DNA from: an uncultured Clostridia bacterium
Lineage (GTDB): Bacteria > Bacillota > Clostridia > Christensenellales > UBA1242
DNA length: 64,000 nt
Assembly: GCA_946496065.1 (NCBI GenBank)
Contig: CAMMFF010000001.1
Location: 191,681 to 255,680, forward strand
Direction of reading: 5' to 3'
A model generated the notes under the pieces. It was given only the letters and a program-made list of their open reading frames with translations, made no database searches and had not been told where the DNA came from. Shown one piece after another: positions 61,843 through 64,000 of the stretch. Every line of letters begins with the position of its first letter. Position 1 is the stretch's first letter. The translations under genes were made by a program, and so were the position numbers.

Positions 61843-62436
61843 ATGAGTGAATTTGACGAACCAATTGAAAGATTGATTGAATATTTCAGAGCGTTGCCGG
61901 GTGTGGGAAAGAAAACCGCACAACGCTATGCTTTCTATGTGATTGAAAATGACAAAGCAAAAGCAGAAAATTTTGCAAAGGCAATCATTGATGTCAAAGA
62001 GAAAGTTAGACTTTGCAGTGTGTGTGGAAATTACAGTTCAAGTGAAGTTTGTCCAATTTGCCAAAAACGAAACAGACAGATTGTTTGTGTTGTTCAAGAG
62101 CCAAAGGACATCATTTCTTTGGAAAAGGCGAGAGGGTTTGACGGAGTTTATCATGTGCTCTTTGGGTGCATAAATCCACTTGAAAACAAAGGTCCAAATG
62201 ACATCCGCATCAAAGAATTGTTGGCAAGAATTGGAAAGGACAATGTCAAAGAAGTCATCATGGCAACAAATCCTGATGTTGAAGGAGAGGCAACAGCGAT
62301 GTATGTTGCAAAAATTCTCAAACCTATGGGGGTTAAGGTCACAAGACTTGCACAGGGAATTTCCATGGGAAGTGACATTGAATTTGCTGACGAGGTGACA
62401 TTGAGCAAAGCATTGGCAGACCGAAAAGAAATGTAA
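61843..62436 (+). CDS. recR: recombination protein RecR
   Basis: LPGVGKKTAQR HhH motif, C4 zinc finger CSVCGNYSSSEVCPIC, and Toprim VVQEPKD...EGEATA. Confidence 0.95.
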   Translation: MSEFDEPIERLIEYFRALPGVGKKTAQRYAFYVIENDKAKAENFAKAIIDVKEKVRLCSVCGNYSSSEVCPICQKRNRQIVCVVQEPKDIISLEKARGFDGVYHVLFGCINPLENKGPNDIRIKELLARIGKDNVKEVIMATNPDVEGEATAMYVAKILKPMGVKVTRLAQGISMGSDIEFADEVTLSKALADRKEM

Positions 62437-62457
62437 GTGGCATTGCCACTTTTTTTG
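62435..62457 (+). terminator. rho-independent terminator after recR
   Basis: AAGTGGC, ATT loop, GCCACTT stem-loop plus a T-run. Confidence 0.7.
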
Positions 62458-62475
62458 TTAATCATTTTGTGTCCT

Positions 62476-62503
62476 TTGAGAGATTTGTTAGAATAGATAT
62501 AAT
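62476..62503 (+). promoter_or_regulatory. putative promoter TTGAGA-N16-TATAAT, 4 nt before ATG 62508
   Basis: -35 at 62476-62481, -10 at 62498-62503. No SD. The spacing to the ATG is shorter than in the four clear leaderless cases. Confidence 0.3.
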
Positions 62504-62507
62504 TTAT

Positions 62508-63182
62508 ATGAAAAAAGTTAAAGATTATATATATTTAATTACTCATGATTACGATGTTAGAGCCATGTTTTTTGTCTTTAATTCTTTGCTTATTGATTTA
62601 GGTTTTATGCTGACATATCTAATCATGTTTCTTTGCAGTCCTTCGCAAAAGAACTGGTATGGAGAACTGGCGATTTATTATTTATTTTTAATTATCGGAT
62701 ATGGTTACATATTTTATAAATATCAAAAATTCAAGAAATTGCCGCAACAAGAAAAGATTCAAGAAGAAAAGAAATTGTTTTTGCCACTTGGAATCATTAT
62801 GTTTTTCTTGGCACTTGTCGTTTTGACTTTGACATACATTCTTTATTATTACGAAATCGACACAAGTTTGCCAACAAGCATGATTATCGTCCATGGTGCT
62901 TATGTGGTTTACGTCTTTGTGAGAGTGATTGTCTCGCTTGTTCTACTTATCAAAAACAGACGCAAGAAGCTTGACAATCATCCACTGTCATTCATTGCAA
63001 AACATCTTTCATACATAAGTATTTTGATGTCATTTCTGTTGATGACCAATGCATTTAAAGAAATCAATGGTGCCAGTGCATATTGGAGCAGAATTGTTGT
63101 GCTTCGTGGTGAGTTTTTTGGAATTGTCATTCTTTGCTCCGCCATCAATTTTGTTGTAAAAGGGTTTAAGGCAAGAAAATAA
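62508..63182 (+). CDS. polytopic membrane protein, unknown function
   Basis: ~224 aa from ATG 62508, with 5-6 hydrophobic helices. The track's GTG 62469 start is also possible. Confidence 0.6.
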   Translation: MKKVKDYIYLITHDYDVRAMFFVFNSLLIDLGFMLTYLIMFLCSPSQKNWYGELAIYYLFLIIGYGYIFYKYQKFKKLPQQEKIQEEKKLFLPLGIIMFFLALVVLTLTYILYYYEIDTSLPTSMIIVHGAYVVYVFVRVIVSLVLLIKNRRKKLDNHPLSFIAKHLSYISILMSFLLMTNAFKEINGASAYWSRIVVLRGEFFGIVILCSAINFVVKGFKARK

Positions 63183-63193
63183 GCAATTTGTTT

Positions 63194-63223
63194 AAAGCAG
63201 GAATTGTTTTCTTGCTTTTTTTT
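63194..63223 (+). terminator. rho-independent terminator
   Basis: AAAGCAGGAA pairs with TTCTTGCTTT (10 bp, one G:U), 5-nt loop, T8 run. Confidence 0.65.
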
Positions 63224-63240
63224 GGTCTGTTTGCTATACT
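63212..63240 (+). promoter_or_regulatory. argS promoter TTGCTT-N17-TATACT (TGc-extended)
   Basis: -35 at 63212-63217 (inside the terminator's 3' arm), -10 at 63235-63240. GGAGA SD before ATG 63267. Confidence 0.5.
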
Positions 63241-63266
63241 TAGATGTATTTTGATTGGAGATTGCT

Positions 63267-64000
63267 ATGAATTTGAAGAACGATATTACAAAAATCATTA
63301 AAAAGACCGCAGAAAAATTGAAATATGACGATTTGGATAAAATTGTTGTTTCTTTTTCCAACCGTCCAGAGCTTTGTGACTTTCAAACAAACTATGCAAT
63401 GTTGATTGCAAAAAAAATGGAAATGAAACCTATTGATGTTGCAAACAAAATTGTTGAGAATGTCGGCGAAAATGTTGACTTTGAGTTTTCTGCTGTTATG
63501 CCTGGATTTATCAATGTCAAGGTCAAAGACAAAATGTTGAGCGAGGTTTCAAATTTTGTTTTAAACGATGAAAATCTTGGAATTGAGAAAGTTAAAAATC
63601 CAAGATTGGTGTTTTTTGATTATGGAGGAGCAAATGTTGCAAAAGAATTGCACGTTGGGCACTTACGTTCTCCAATTGTTGGTGAAGCATTGAAAAGGGT
63701 TCACATGATTTTGGGGGACAAAACTTTGTCCGATGTCCATTTGGGTGACTTTGGTCTTCAGATGGGGCTGACAATTTTGCAATTGAAACTCGATGGCTAT
63801 CTTGACAAATTTTTTGAACCGGGTGCTGATTTTTTGAACTTAAAGATTGAAAATGTCACACTTGATGTTTTGAATGATGAATATCCAAAAGCAAGCAAGC
63901 GCAAAGATGAAGATGCCGAATTTAAGAAAATGGCAGATGACTTTACGCTTTACATTCAACAACACAAAGAACCTTATTACACAATCTATCAAAAGATTAA
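63267..64000 (+). CDS. argS: arginine--tRNA ligase, 5' part (runs off the window)
   Basis: Not in the ORF track because there is no stop in the window. My translation is MNLKNDITKIIKK...FFDYGGANVAKELHVGHLRSPIVGEAL...HLGDFGLQMG, which carries the class I HIGH signature of ArgS. Confidence 0.9.
   Translation, partial: MNLKNDITKIIKKTAEKLKYDDLDKIVVSFSNRPELCDFQTNYAMLIAKKMEMKPIDVANKIVENVGENVDFEFSAVMPGFINVKVKDKMLSEVSNFVLNDENLGIEKVKNPRLVFFDYGGANVAKELHVGHLRSPIVGEALKRVHMILGDKTLSDVHLGDFGLQMGLTILQLKLDGYLDKFFEPGADFLNLKIENVTLDVLNDEYPKASKRKDEDAEFKKMADDFTLYIQQHKEPYYTIYQKI

Noticed and set aside
1-64000. An alternative genetic code (TGA = Trp, as in Mollicutes) given the low G+C.
   Set aside because: Conserved genes (e.g. 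dnaX, rsmA/tatD and the lipoprotein gene) end at TGA at the expected lengths. Trp positions in conserved motifs are TGG.
1-64000. CRISPR arrays, tandem DNA repeats, IS elements, integrases, tRNA/rRNA/tmRNA/SRP RNA genes, toxin-antitoxin pairs and known defence genes.
   Set aside because: I found none on reading both strands. Intergenic regions are short or pure A/T without spacer-repeat periodicity. In particular, no SRP RNA precedes dnaX, because tpiA ends 12 nt before it.

Overview
A/T-rich (low-GC) Bacillota-type chromosomal segment, read with the standard code: TGA, TAA and TAG all terminate recognisable genes, and Trp is TGG. I call 39 protein-coding genes (33 on +, 6 on -). I found no rRNA, tRNA or other RNA genes, no CRISPR array, and no IS, transposase, integrase or phage genes. 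The backbone is core housekeeping genes in an order that recalls the origin-proximal region of Bacillus subtilis: typA, dnaB, gltX, trpS, uppP, a P-type ATPase, holB-ricT(yaaT)-yabB-like methyltransferase, spmA-spmB, tatD-rsmA(ksgA), rplI, HU, dusB, pgk-tpiA, dnaX-ybaB-recR and argS (cut by the window end). Five things are not ordinary. (1) Two giant co-oriented ORFs sit among these core genes and together span 30.4 kb, about 47% of the window. The first (637-11877, 3,746 aa) has a lipoprotein signal, an FN3/Ig-like array and a GLUG-like C-terminus. The second (22075-41202, ~6,375 aa) has GLUG-like heads, Listeria-Bacteroides-type repeats, a YDG/MBG-like block, an InlB-B-like array and a C-terminal TM anchor without LPXTG. 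(2) dnaX stops after 367 codons right after an A9 run (slippery A AAA AAA), and the -1 frame continues into a 106-codon ORF that looks like the missing DnaX C-terminus. (3) Four genes share a TTGnnn-N17/18-TAnnnT-N6-ATG layout with no Shine-Dalgarno, which predicts leaderless mRNAs. (4) Each giant gene is followed by a terminator-like hairpin with a 17-nt loop that contains the start codon of the next gene. (5) Several orphan membrane proteins and lipoproteins lie in the window, and the intergenic tracts flanking trpS and the giant genes are almost pure A/T. I cannot identify a defence system, toxin-antitoxin pair, biosynthetic cluster or mobile element. The giant surface-protein pair with its small flanking membrane proteins is the best candidate for something undescribed, but its function cannot be derived from the sequence alone.
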